NCBI GenBank assembly: GCA_017544165.1
Contig: JAFYER010000001.1
Span: forward strand, 18,946-82,945
Direction: 5' to 3'
Origin: Bacilli bacterium
GTDB taxonomy: Bacteria > Bacillota_I > Bacilli_A > RF39 > UBA660
DNA: 64,000 nt
Shown here: positions 43,703-52,462 of the stretch, in pieces
How the letters are laid out: each line of letters opens with the position of its first letter
Numbering within the stretch: the first letter of the stretch is position 1
Notes under the pieces: generated by a model
What the model was told of the DNA's origin: nothing
Database searches by the model: none
The model's input: the letters and a program-made list of their open reading frames with translations, nothing else
Made by a program: the position numbers and the translations under genes

Positions 43703-43948
43703 ATGATTGAAAATACAACTATTTTTAATGTAAATGTATTAAGACAAGAATTAATTATGATGACCATTAATGAAGTAGTTCTTTCACTTGAGAAAAATGG
43801 TTACAATCCAACTAATCAATTGATTGGTTATTTACTTACAAATGACTTAAGTTATATAACTAGTAAAGATAATGCTAGAGAAAAAATAAGCAAATATTCA
43901 AGAGAAGAGTTATTAATGGCAATTATAAATGGGTATATGGGAAGATGA
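43703..43948 (+). CDS. IreB/UPF0297 family regulatory protein (YrzL-like)
   Basis: 81 aa. LEKNGYNPTNQLIGYLLTNDLSYITSKDNAR matches the family core EKGYNP.NQI.GYL.SGDP.YI. Synteny with ruvX supports the call. Confidence 0.8.
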   Translation: MIENTTIFNVNVLRQELIMMTINEVVLSLEKNGYNPTNQLIGYLLTNDLSYITSKDNAREKISKYSREELLMAIINGYMGR

Positions 43949-44361
43949 AAAGATATTTAGGATTAGATTTAGGAACAAAAACACTTGGGGTGGCAATTAC
44001 TGATAGATCAAATACAATTATTTTTCCTCATAGTACGATTCGTTTTGCAAAAGAAGAGTATGATGAAGCAATTGAAAAGCTTGCTCCCATTATTGAAAAA
44101 GAGGATATTACAGATATTGCTATAGGTCTTCCGATAAATATGGATGGTTCATTAGGATATGCCACTGATCGAACTAAAAACTTTATTCCTAAACTAGAAA
44201 AATTAGGTGTTAAAGTTTATACCGTCGATGAAAGACTTACTTCAGTGGAAGCAGAAAGATTATTACATGAGAATAATTTAAAATCAAAAGAGTTTAAAGA
44301 TCGTGTCGATATGGAAGCCGCTGTCTTAATTCTTGAAAGTTATCTAAGGAGTATTTCGTAG
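43945..44361 (+). CDS. ruvX: Holliday junction resolvase-like nuclease RuvX/YqgF
   Basis: 138 aa. MKRYLGLDLGTKTLGVAITD, DERLTS. Confidence 0.9.
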   Translation: MKRYLGLDLGTKTLGVAITDRSNTIIFPHSTIRFAKEEYDEAIEKLAPIIEKEDITDIAIGLPINMDGSLGYATDRTKNFIPKLEKLGVKVYTVDERLTSVEAERLLHENNLKSKEFKDRVDMEAAVLILESYLRSIS

Positions 44362-44637
44362 ATGGAAGAAGATAGCAAAATTTATTTAATAGATGAAAAT
44401 GGTAAGTCAAAAGAGTATAAGGTGCTTTTGACTTTTACAGCTAAAGAAAACAATAATTTTTATGTTGTTTATACTGATGGCAGTCTTGATGAAGATGGTT
44501 ATGTTATAACTTATGCTGGTATCTATGATAAGAAAAATGATAAAAAAGTTCTTTTGCCAGTGGAAACCGATGCCGAATGGGAACTTATTGATCATTTACT
44601 TACAAAATTGGATGAAGAGGGAAAAAATGAAAATTAA
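44362..44637 (+). CDS. DUF1292/UPF0473 protein (YrzB-like)
   Basis: 91 aa, acidic. Typical DENG...Y.VL..F......YVVYTD pattern, and the gene follows ruvX. Confidence 0.75.
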   Translation: MEEDSKIYLIDENGKSKEYKVLLTFTAKENNNFYVVYTDGSLDEDGYVITYAGIYDKKNDKKVLLPVETDAEWELIDHLLTKLDEEGKNEN

Positions 44638-45673
44638 GAAGTTAATTATTTTAATAGTAATCGTTTTATTACTAATTGGTGGGGGAATTGCCTTTATGGT
44701 AGTATCACTTAAACCAGTTAGTAAAAATACTTCAGAAGTAACTTTTGAGGTTGCTCCAAATACCAGTAAAATAGATATTGTTAAAAATTTGAAATCAGCA
44801 GGTCTTATCAAAAATGAATTTGCTGCTCTTGTATATGTCTTTTTTAATTCCAATTTAAATTTGCAAGCGGGAAGTTATAAGATAAATAAGGCAAATTCAA
44901 CCCAAGAGATTATAGGGCAAATAGCTGATGGTAGAATTATTGATATTATTCCGACGGTTGAAGTAACATTTGTCGAAGGAAAAAGACTTGTCGATTATGC
45001 CAATTTAATCAGTAATAATTTTGGTATTGAATATAATGAATTTATCGAAAAATGTGCTGATAAAGAGTTTTTACAGGAACTCATAAATAATTATTGGTTT
45101 ATTGATGAATCGATTCTTAACGAAGATATTTATTATCCCCTTGAGGGATATCTTGCTCCGGATACTTATGAGTTTTATCAAAATTCATCGCCTGAGCAAA
45201 TTATAGTAAAAATGCTTAATAATCTTGATAAAAAACTTGCTCCTTTAAAAAGTGATATTGAAAAAAGTGGCAAAAGTGCTCATGAAATACTAACAATTGC
45301 CTCAATCGCAGAAAAAGAAGCAATTAATGAACCAGATAGAAAAAAGGTAAGTCAAGTTATTTATAAAAGATTAGAACTAGGGATGGCTCTTGGGATGGAT
45401 GTAACATCATATTATGGCGTTAATAAAGATATGAAAGAAGTTATTACGTATGCTGATTTAATCGCAGAAAACCCTTATAATACACGTAATTCGGATTTTA
45501 AGGGTTTACCAGTAGGAAGCATATGTAATCCATCACTTGAAAGCATTAAAGCGGCTATCTATCCAAGTGATACAGAATATGTTTATTTTATCGCGGATAT
45601 TGATACAGGCAAAGTCTTCTTCTTTAATACATACGACGAATTTAAAAATAAAAAAACAGATTTAGGTTTATAG
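44627..45673 (+). CDS. mltG: endolytic murein transglycosylase MltG (YceG-like)
   Basis: Start placed at ATG 44627 (MKIKKLIILIV.. TM anchor); the longer track ORF overlaps the upstream gene. YceG hallmarks: LEGYLAPDTYEF, ASIAEKEA, NPYNTR..GLP.G.I.NP. Confidence 0.88.
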   Translation: MKIKKLIILIVIVLLLIGGGIAFMVVSLKPVSKNTSEVTFEVAPNTSKIDIVKNLKSAGLIKNEFAALVYVFFNSNLNLQAGSYKINKANSTQEIIGQIADGRIIDIIPTVEVTFVEGKRLVDYANLISNNFGIEYNEFIEKCADKEFLQELINNYWFIDESILNEDIYYPLEGYLAPDTYEFYQNSSPEQIIVKMLNNLDKKLAPLKSDIEKSGKSAHEILTIASIAEKEAINEPDRKKVSQVIYKRLELGMALGMDVTSYYGVNKDMKEVITYADLIAENPYNTRNSDFKGLPVGSICNPSLESIKAAIYPSDTEYVYFIADIDTGKVFFFNTYDEFKNKKTDLGL

Positions 45674-45680
45674 GTGAAAC

Positions 45681-46277
45681 ATGAAAGAAAAATTATTAGA
45701 AATGGAAAAGTATGCTGTTGAAAAAAATGTACCAATCATTGAAAAAGCCTCAATAGCATTCATAATGAATTATATCAAAGAACATAATGTTAAAAATATT
45801 TTGGAAATAGGTAGTGCTATTGGTTATTCAACTATTTTAATGGCTAGTGCTAAGAACGACGTTTATGTGACAACTATCGAAAGAGATGAAACTCGTTATA
45901 TGGAATGTCTTAAAAATGTTAAGGCTTGTGATATGGATAAAAAGATAAATGTTGTCTATCAAGATGCTTTAGAGGTTAATTTATCAAATGACTTAAAATT
46001 TGATTTAATTTTTATTGATGCTGCGAAAGGACAATATACGAAATTTTTTGAAAAGTTTAAATACTTTTTAAAAGATGATGGAGCCATCATTACTGATAAT
46101 ATCAATTTCCATGGATATGTTGGTCATAGTGATGAACTAGAAAATGGTAATTTAAAAAGTTTAGTTACAAAAATCGAAGGTTACATTGACTTTTTAAAGA
46201 ATAATGATGAATTTGTTACCGAATTTCTAAACATCGGTGATGGTTTATCAATAAGTGTGCGTAAAAATGAAAAATAA
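45681..46277 (+). CDS. trmR: class I SAM-dependent O-methyltransferase (YrrM/TrmR-like)
   Basis: 198 aa. SAM motif ILEIGSAIGYST and DLIFIDAAK. The gene sits after mltG, as in B. subtilis. Confidence 0.65.
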   Translation: MKEKLLEMEKYAVEKNVPIIEKASIAFIMNYIKEHNVKNILEIGSAIGYSTILMASAKNDVYVTTIERDETRYMECLKNVKACDMDKKINVVYQDALEVNLSNDLKFDLIFIDAAKGQYTKFFEKFKYFLKDDGAIITDNINFHGYVGHSDELENGNLKSLVTKIEGYIDFLKNNDEFVTEFLNIGDGLSISVRKNEK

Positions 46278-47043
46278 TTGTTTATTTACCGTTACAAATT
46301 TGGAATTAATAGAAAAACTTAAAGGACTTAAAATTAATAATTTTGTTTATCCTTTATCTTTTTTTTGTGTAGGAATTCCAAATACTTTTACAATTGATCA
46401 AATAAAAGAGGAAAGTTCTTATCTTTTCATTAATCGGATACTTGATTCAAAGGATATTGATAAGTTAAATGAAGTTCTTCATAATTTACCAAGTAATATC
46501 AAAGGTATTATTTTTGATGATGTGGGAATTATTGAAATAACTAAAGATTTAAAACTAGAAAAAATATTATTTTTAAGTCATTTTAACACTAACTTTGAAT
46601 CAATAAATTATTTTTTTGAATATGTCGATGATATCATTGTTTCTACTGATATTACTGAAGAAGAAATAGATGAAATAATCACAAAGACTAAGAAAAAGGT
46701 TAGTTTATTTGTTTTTGGTTTAATATCTTCATTATACTCAAGAAGAACGCTACTTACTTCTCATGCTAAACATTATAATATTAAAAAAGAAAATCAAAAA
46801 GATTTAAATATTCAAGATAAAAAATTTATCAGCATTGAAAATGAATTTGGAACAGTACTTTACCACTATCCATATTTTAATGGTAAAAGACTTCTTAATA
46901 AAGATGTAAACTATCTATTTTACTTTCCAATCCTACTTGAGGATGCTAAAGTTTTAGAAGTTGCTAAAAATAATTTTGATTGCATTCCAAATGATTTCGG
47001 CTTTTTAGATACTAAAACTATTTATAAGGTTAAAAATAATTAG
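46267..47043 (+). CDS. YrrN-like protein (peptidase U32-related by position)
   Basis: About 258 aa (ATG 46267). The call rests mainly on conserved gene order yrrM-yrrN-yrrO. The sequence motifs are weak. Confidence 0.45.
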   Translation: MKNNCLFTVTNLELIEKLKGLKINNFVYPLSFFCVGIPNTFTIDQIKEESSYLFINRILDSKDIDKLNEVLHNLPSNIKGIIFDDVGIIEITKDLKLEKILFLSHFNTNFESINYFFEYVDDIIVSTDITEEEIDEIITKTKKKVSLFVFGLISSLYSRRTLLTSHAKHYNIKKENQKDLNIQDKKFISIENEFGTVLYHYPYFNGKRLLNKDVNYLFYFPILLEDAKVLEVAKNNFDCIPNDFGFLDTKTIYKVKNN

Positions 47044-47057
47044 AAAGGGTGAAATAG

Positions 47058-48230
47058 ATGATAGAATTACTTGCTCCGGCAGGAGATAAAGAAAGATTAG
47101 AGTTTGCCCTTTTATATGGCGCAGATGCGGTCTATTTTGGGGGAAAAGATTTCTCTTTAAGAGCTAATGCAAAGAACTTTTCAAGGGAAGACATTCTAGA
47201 GGCAACAAAGTTTGCTCATGACTTAGATAAAAAAGTATATGTGACAGTCAATATTGTCTTTCATAATGAAGATTTAAACGGTCTTGAGGATTATCTTAAG
47301 TTTTTAGGAGAGGCTAAGGTTGATGGTATTATTGCAAGTGATATAGTGGTACTTAAAAAGATTCAAGAACTTGGTATTAAGGCAAAAGTTATTCTTTCAA
47401 CGCAAGCAAGTACTTTAAATCATGAAGCTGCTAAGTTTTATAAAAGTCTTGGGGTAAAACAAATTGTTTTGGCAAGAGAGGCCATGAAAGAAGACATTCA
47501 AAGGATAAAAAAAGAAACAGGTCTTGAAATAGAATGTTTTATTCATGGGGCAATGTGTACCTCAATTTCGGGGAAGTGTATTATGTCTAATTACATGACA
47601 AATAGGGATTCTAACCGGGGAGGATGCGCACAAATATGTCGCTGGGTTTTCAATGAAGATGATGAATATCCTTTTACCATGACTCCGAAGGATTTAAATT
47701 TTATCGATTATATCAAAGATATGATTGAATCTGGGGTTAATACTTTCAAAGTCGAGGGTAGAATGCGATCAATTTATTATATTTCGACCGTTATTCTTTG
47801 CTATCGAAGAGTTATTGATAAACTATTAAATAATACACTTACAAAAGAAGATAAAGATTATTATTTAAAAATATTAAATCGCTGTGCAAATAGAGAAAGT
47901 AGTCCTCAGTTTTTTGCTAAAATGCCTTCCTTTAACGAACAATATTACAATTTAAAAGATGAAGAAAGTAATCAAGACTTTTTAGGTATAGTAAAAGATT
48001 TTGATAAAGACAAAATGATTGCCACCATTGAAGAAAGAAACTATTTTAAAGTAGGGGATGAGGTTGAATTTATCGGCCCTAATACAGAAACTTTTTCATG
48101 TATTATAACGGATATTTTTGATGAAAAGGGTCAAAAGATTGATACCGCTAATAAACCTAAAATGATTGTTAAAATAAGCGTTCCAAAAGTTGTAAATGTT
48201 AATGATTTAATGAGAGTAAAAATCTCATAA
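47058..48230 (+). CDS. peptidase U32 family protein (YrrO-like)
   Basis: 390 aa. ELLAPAGDKERLEFALLYGADAVYFGG, ECFIHGAMCTSISGKC, FKVEGRMRS. Confidence 0.88.
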   Translation: MIELLAPAGDKERLEFALLYGADAVYFGGKDFSLRANAKNFSREDILEATKFAHDLDKKVYVTVNIVFHNEDLNGLEDYLKFLGEAKVDGIIASDIVVLKKIQELGIKAKVILSTQASTLNHEAAKFYKSLGVKQIVLAREAMKEDIQRIKKETGLEIECFIHGAMCTSISGKCIMSNYMTNRDSNRGGCAQICRWVFNEDDEYPFTMTPKDLNFIDYIKDMIESGVNTFKVEGRMRSIYYISTVILCYRRVIDKLLNNTLTKEDKDYYLKILNRCANRESSPQFFAKMPSFNEQYYNLKDEESNQDFLGIVKDFDKDKMIATIEERNYFKVGDEVEFIGPNTETFSCIITDIFDEKGQKIDTANKPKMIVKISVPKVVNVNDLMRVKIS

Positions 48231-48257
48231 TTTCATATACTAATATAGGTATATTAT

Positions 48258-48286
48258 TTGACTTTTTCTAAGGTTTATAGTATACT
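48258..48286 (+). promoter_or_regulatory. promoter of the type III TA locus
   Basis: TTGACT-17 nt-TATACT. Confidence 0.65.
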
Positions 48287-48310
48287 TTACCTGTATTGAA
48301 GAAATTCAAT

Positions 48311-48410
48311 AGCAAATGCAACCGCTCTTGGATGGTGCGGTATATAAATTATTCCAAATGCGAAATGTTAATCGCTCCCGGATGGTGCGATCAATAAAAT
48401 ATTCCGGAGG
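48311..48410 (+). ncRNA. type III antitoxin-like RNA: two tandem ~50-nt repeats
   Basis: The unit AAATG..(A/T)(A/C)CGCTC..GGATGGTGCG(G/A)....ATAAA.TATTCC occurs twice with a 50-nt period (GGATGGTGCG at 48330 and 48380; ATTCC at 48351 and 48401). Each unit has a CCGC/GCGG or TCGC/GCGA mini-stem. Confidence 0.6.
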
Positions 48411-48419
48411 AAAATTTCA

Positions 48420-48453
48420 GAAAACTTTTATCTTTTGATAGAGTTTTCTTTTT
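48420..48453 (+). terminator. intrinsic terminator between antitoxin repeats and toxin ORF
   Basis: GAAAACTTTTATC-TTTT-GATAGAGTTTTC followed by TTTTT. This placement is typical of type III TA loci. Confidence 0.7.
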
Positions 48454-48491
48454 CTTTGTGATAAAATTGCTTTACTAGGAGGTTTTGGATT

Positions 48492-48959
48492 ATGGAAGTA
48501 AGAACAGGATACATTTATCATATAAAAGATGAGTTTTTTGATAAGATAAATGATAAAGGTTTAATGATTAACCATGAAAATGGCAAATCAAGGCCCACAT
48601 ATTTTACTATTAAAGATAAAGATATATTATGGTTTATTCCTTTAAGTAGTAAAGTTGAAAAATATGAAAAAATAATAGATTCAAAAATAAAAAAGTATGG
48701 TTCTTGTTAATCTATTATGATTAGCGAAATTGCTGGTAAAAAATCAGTTATCTTGATTCAAAATGCTTTTCCAACCTTAGAAAAATATATTGATCACCCC
48801 CATATGTTGGATGGAAAACCACTAAAAGTTATTAATACGCTCAAAAATGAAATATTAGATAATTTCAATTATTTAATGGAATTAAAAAAAGCTGGTAAAA
48901 ACTTATTTTTTCCTGATGTTGACAAAATAAAACAAATTATGTTAGAGGAATTAGAATGA
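48492..48959 (+). pseudogene. ToxN/AbiQ-family (type III TA) endoribonuclease toxin interrupted by one in-frame TAA
   Basis: Track ORFs 48492..48710 and 48717..48959 are in the same frame, separated only by TAA (48708-48710) plus two codons. The N-terminal half has the family pattern (YIYHIKDEFFDKI...GKSRPTYF.....WFIPLSSKVEKY). The combined length is about 155 aa. Confidence 0.55.
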
Positions 48960-49018
48960 TTTATTATTCAATTTCAAAGATTTATAGTATAATATAAAAT
49001 GTATTAAAGGAATTGGGT

Positions 49019-49129
49019 AGCAAATGTTAGCCGCTTATGGATGGCGCGGGTTATAAATGATTCCAATCGCGAAATGTTAGTCGCTTACGGGTGGTGCGAG
49101 TTATAAATGATCCCGATAGAAAATGTTAG
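49019..49129 (+). ncRNA. second (orphan) copy of the antitoxin repeat array, 2 full units plus a partial third
   Basis: AAATGTTAG occurs at 49022, 49072 and 49121. GGATGGCGCG and GGGTGGTGCG are spaced 50 nt apart. A TATAAT lies at 48988-48993. No toxin ORF follows. Confidence 0.55.
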
Positions 49130-49162
49130 GAAACTTTTATCTTTTGATAGAGTTTTCTTTTT
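49130..49162 (+). terminator. terminator copy 2 (near-identical to 48420-48453)
   Basis: GAAACTTTTATC-TTTT-GATAGAGTTTTC followed by TTTTT. The following ~25 nt are also identical to copy 1 except for one base. Confidence 0.65.
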
Positions 49163-49216
49163 CTTTGCGATAAAATTGCTTTACAATAATATAATTAAAA
49201 TTAGAATAATATTTTA

Positions 49217-49245
49217 TTGACAAGAACATATAATTATTGTATACT
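49217..49245 (+). promoter_or_regulatory. promoter of greA
   Basis: TTGACA-17 nt-TATACT. Confidence 0.6.
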
Positions 49246-49277
49246 TTCATAGTAAAAAAAGGGAGATGTTAAAAAAC

Positions 49278-49745
49278 ATGAAAAAAGAAAACACCTTAAT
49301 CCTAACAGCTGAAGGATTTTTAAAATTAGAAGAAGAATTAAATGAATTAAAAACGGTAAGAAGACCGCAAATAATTCAAGCAATAAAAGACGCAAGAGCG
49401 CAAGGAGATTTATCAGAAAATGCTGATTATGATGCAGCTCGTAATGAACAAGCTCAAATTGAAGCAAAGATTAAAGAACTTGAATATCGTTTAGAGCACA
49501 GTGAAATAGCTACAAATGCTAAAAAAGGTGCTATTAATGTTGGTTCAACTGTTACCGTAGTTGATGAAGATGGCGATGAGGATACTTACACTTTAGTAGG
49601 TTCTATCGAGGCTGATTCATTTAATAATAAGATAAGTAATGAATCACCTCTAGGAATTGCTCTAATAGGTCATAAAGAAGGCGATGATGTCGCTGTCGAA
49701 TCTCCGAATGGTACATATTCATTAAAAATTGTCAAAGTATGTTAA
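49278..49745 (+). CDS. greA: transcription elongation factor GreA
   Basis: MKKENTLILTAEGFLKLEEELNELK..., DLSENADYDAA, C-terminal FKBP-like domain. ATG 49266 is an alternative start, but it abuts the RBS. Confidence 0.9.
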   Translation: MKKENTLILTAEGFLKLEEELNELKTVRRPQIIQAIKDARAQGDLSENADYDAARNEQAQIEAKIKELEYRLEHSEIATNAKKGAINVGSTVTVVDEDGDEDTYTLVGSIEADSFNNKISNESPLGIALIGHKEGDDVAVESPNGTYSLKIVKVC

Positions 49746-49806
49746 AAGCAACCATAATTGGTTGTTTTTTTTTGCGTTTTAGGTTATATTTATTATAGGT
49801 GTGAAA

Positions 49807-52056
49807 ATGAAAAAAGTATCAATATATATAGTGATTATTATTGCAGTACTAGCAGTTATTATTGGCCTTGCGGCTTATGCAATGCGAGCTCCAATTGTTA
49901 ATGTTGAAAACTTGAACACTAACACTTATTTGGGTGGACAAGTATCACTTACAACTTCTGGTGGTGGAGCAATGTCTAGCAGTATATCCACACTTTTAAT
50001 GTCGGAAGCTAGTGCTAATAATAAAATAGAAGTTGCTAATAACATTTTAAATGTAACACTTACTACCTCTAATGATAAACAAATATGTTGCTCATACGAT
50101 ATTGTTTGGGAATGGGATCAAACAAACGTAACAGCAAATCAATATAGTTTAACATCGGGTGCTACAAAAGAATTTACCTTATCAGGCTCTTATAGTGATT
50201 ATTATGGAAATTCTACAGCCAATACATTAGGTGGTTCAAATATTTCTTGGTTCGAAAGACAATTACAAAACTATAATGCATCAGCACGTTCTTCATCAAT
50301 GACTAGAGCTACAATTTGCAATAATCCAACCCAATCCTCCAAAGTTAGAACACATTCATGGAATCTTGCGACAAATTTTTATAATCTTAATATAAATCAA
50401 GATGCTTTTAAACAATCAGCATTTTCTGGTAAAGCTAAAGTTGCTAATGTTTCATGTACAAATCAAAAAACATTTGCCGATTACTTAGCAAGTGGTGCTC
50501 CAAGAAGTGGAATCGATGCTGTATCAAGTAGTCCATGGATATTAACATCAGATCATCCAGGTGAATGGCGCTATGCCGGCAAAAACCCAGATAACTATAT
50601 ATCTTTTAATGGAGAACTATGGCGAATAATCGGCGTAATGCCAGATATGACATATTGTACAGGTGAATATGGTAATGCAAATGAGTGCAATACAACTGCA
50701 ACAGGAAGTTTAGTTAAAATAATTAGAAACGATTCATTAGGATCATTTTTATTAGATTATAAACAAACAGGAGTAGGCTCATCCATAACAACTGCTGGGT
50801 CCAACGATTGGAGTGATAGTCAATTAATGTTAATGTTAAATGGAACAAATTATTTAAAAACAGGGTATGATGTAAATAATACTAAGTTGCATAATTCCTA
50901 TACAATAACAAGTAATATAGTCGCAGGAAATGGATATAATTTTTACAATGCAACATATAGCTATTTAGATGGGAATGGAACAACAGTATATGTACCTAGT
51001 AGTGCAACAACAAGTAGCTATACCGCAACAAGTGGAACGGTCCCAAAGAAAATAGGAACAACAGCACTATCCCAAATAGCAACCGTAAAATGGGATTTAT
51101 ATGGAACAAGTAGTTTTACAACTGCAGCAGAAGGAAGTCCAGCAGCCTTTTATAATAAAGAAAGAAATATTGGTAACACAGGTGCTGTTTATAATGTAAC
51201 TGCAACTGGACGTGAAAAAAGAGCAGTATATTGGTATGGAAAGATAGGACTAATGTATCCAAGTGATTATGGATATGCTAGTAATGGCGATGGAAGTACG
51301 TATAGTAGAAGTGATTGTATGGGAACAGAAATGTATAACTGGGATAGCGCAGAAGCATGTTATGAAAATGATTGGATGTATTACGTAAATGCAACAGCCT
51401 CATCAGTGGGAACAAGTAACACGTATCAATGGGCCTTAAGCCCGCATTCAGGTAATGCCGCCAATGCTTTCTGCGTGGATATTGATGGTTATGTGGCCAA
51501 CTGCAGCGTCGTCGACGACTCCAATGGGGTCCGGACCGTCTTGTATCTTAAAGCTGATACAACATTTACTGGTGGATCAGGTACATATAATGATCCTTTT
51601 ATAATAGATTCAAGATTGTATTGGCTTGCTTATGGTACTTATACATATCCAAATCATGGTGGTACTTTATATACTAGTGGCTCAGATACTGATTCTCTCG
51701 TATATATCGGTCAGGATACAAAACATTATGCTTGCGCAACTATTCAAAATCAAGAAATATGTTTATCTCAGCCATATGCACAATATGGTCTTAGGGGTCA
51801 CACTGTAGGTACAAATTTTACTACTGAACAGCAAAATAGTATTGCTAATGCTTTGAAAAAAGTCTTTGCCGATGCGGGAGTTAGCGTTGATATTGAGAAC
51901 GATTGTTATAAGAATTCTGGATATGTTAATTGCTACGATCCTAATGCTGAAATATATTGTGGGGTTAATAGTGATGGATCTATTGACTGTGGTGATGAAG
52001 AGGAAAATTACGAATATTGTTGGCTTAACCCTGATGGTACAGCTGAGTGTGGATAA
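49807..52056 (+). CDS. surface protein, paralogue 3 (divergent N-terminal third, VR-like segment, extra Cys-rich C-terminal extension)
   Basis: About 749 aa (ATG 49807 after AGGTG). The central 350 aa are highly similar to paralogues 1 and 2. After ..VRTVLYLKADTTFTGGSGTYNDPFII there is an additional ~170 aa with 10 or more Cys (..CYKNSGYVNCYDPNAEIYCGVNSDGSIDCG..CWLNPDGTAECG). Confidence 0.75.
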   Translation: MKKVSIYIVIIIAVLAVIIGLAAYAMRAPIVNVENLNTNTYLGGQVSLTTSGGGAMSSSISTLLMSEASANNKIEVANNILNVTLTTSNDKQICCSYDIVWEWDQTNVTANQYSLTSGATKEFTLSGSYSDYYGNSTANTLGGSNISWFERQLQNYNASARSSSMTRATICNNPTQSSKVRTHSWNLATNFYNLNINQDAFKQSAFSGKAKVANVSCTNQKTFADYLASGAPRSGIDAVSSSPWILTSDHPGEWRYAGKNPDNYISFNGELWRIIGVMPDMTYCTGEYGNANECNTTATGSLVKIIRNDSLGSFLLDYKQTGVGSSITTAGSNDWSDSQLMLMLNGTNYLKTGYDVNNTKLHNSYTITSNIVAGNGYNFYNATYSYLDGNGTTVYVPSSATTSSYTATSGTVPKKIGTTALSQIATVKWDLYGTSSFTTAAEGSPAAFYNKERNIGNTGAVYNVTATGREKRAVYWYGKIGLMYPSDYGYASNGDGSTYSRSDCMGTEMYNWDSAEACYENDWMYYVNATASSVGTSNTYQWALSPHSGNAANAFCVDIDGYVANCSVVDDSNGVRTVLYLKADTTFTGGSGTYNDPFIIDSRLYWLAYGTYTYPNHGGTLYTSGSDTDSLVYIGQDTKHYACATIQNQEICLSQPYAQYGLRGHTVGTNFTTEQQNSIANALKKVFADAGVSVDIENDCYKNSGYVNCYDPNAEIYCGVNSDGSIDCGDEEENYEYCWLNPDGTAECG
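51441..51545 (+). other. GC-rich NNY-codon hypervariable (VR-like) segment inside paralogue 3
   Basis: By hand count, 57 G+C in 51441-51540. Codons 51451-51525 are 23/25 NNY. Confidence 0.7.
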
Positions 52057-52150
52057 TATATTAAAGTTTTGATATTATGCTTATTTTTTAAGGAAGATAA
52101 ACTTTATCTTTCTTTTTTTTGTTATTTATTTTATAATTAAAATAGGGTAG

Positions 52151-52462
52151 ATGGTTATGAGTAAGAAGGGTCAAGCACTTGTTGAGTTTATAATTATATT
52201 ACCAGTTTTTTTAATGCTGCTTCTTGCAGTTTTTGATTATGTCAAAATAATTCAGACAAAAATGGATTTAGAATCGGTTATTGAAGATTATTCGTTAAAT
52301 GAAGAATATGAATTATCTAAAGATATTGTTTTGAAAGAAGAAACTTCTGGAGGAGTAAAAACTTATACTCTTTCTAAATCAGTGGAAATAACATCACCAG
52401 TTCTTATTCCTATTATATCCAAATCATATGATGTTAAAGTAACAAGGAGCATGTATGAATAA
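52151..52462 (+). CDS. TadE-like pseudopilin
   Basis: 103 aa. KKGQALVEFIIILPVFLMLLLAVFD matches the TadE N-terminal motif. Confidence 0.7.
   Translation: MVMSKKGQALVEFIIILPVFLMLLLAVFDYVKIIQTKMDLESVIEDYSLNEEYELSKDIVLKEETSGGVKTYTLSKSVEITSPVLIPIISKSYDVKVTRSMYE

Noticed and set aside
44513-44626. Long N-terminal extension of mltG, and similar extended track starts (rpmB to 8340, mraZ from 19925, paralogue 2 from 18026, paralogue 3 from 49801, giant protein from 29706)
   Set aside because: The extensions overlap upstream genes or precede the RBS. Internal ATG/GTG codons with properly spaced Shine-Dalgarno sequences give N-termini that match the family norms.
48330-48389. The antitoxin repeat motif GGATGGTGCG acting as a T-box-like sensor of tRNA 3' ends (it is complementary to GCACCA)
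   Set aside because: The complementarity spans only about 6-7 nt and lies within a predicted stem region. No supporting structure (specifier or antiterminator) is present. I treat it as coincidence.
48311-49129. Tandem repeats at 48.3 and 49.0 kb as a CRISPR array
   Set aside because: Each site has only two to three ~50-nt units that abut each other directly with no unique spacers. Each site has its own promoter and terminator, and one site precedes a ToxN/AbiQ-like ORF. The layout fits type III antitoxin RNA, not CRISPR.
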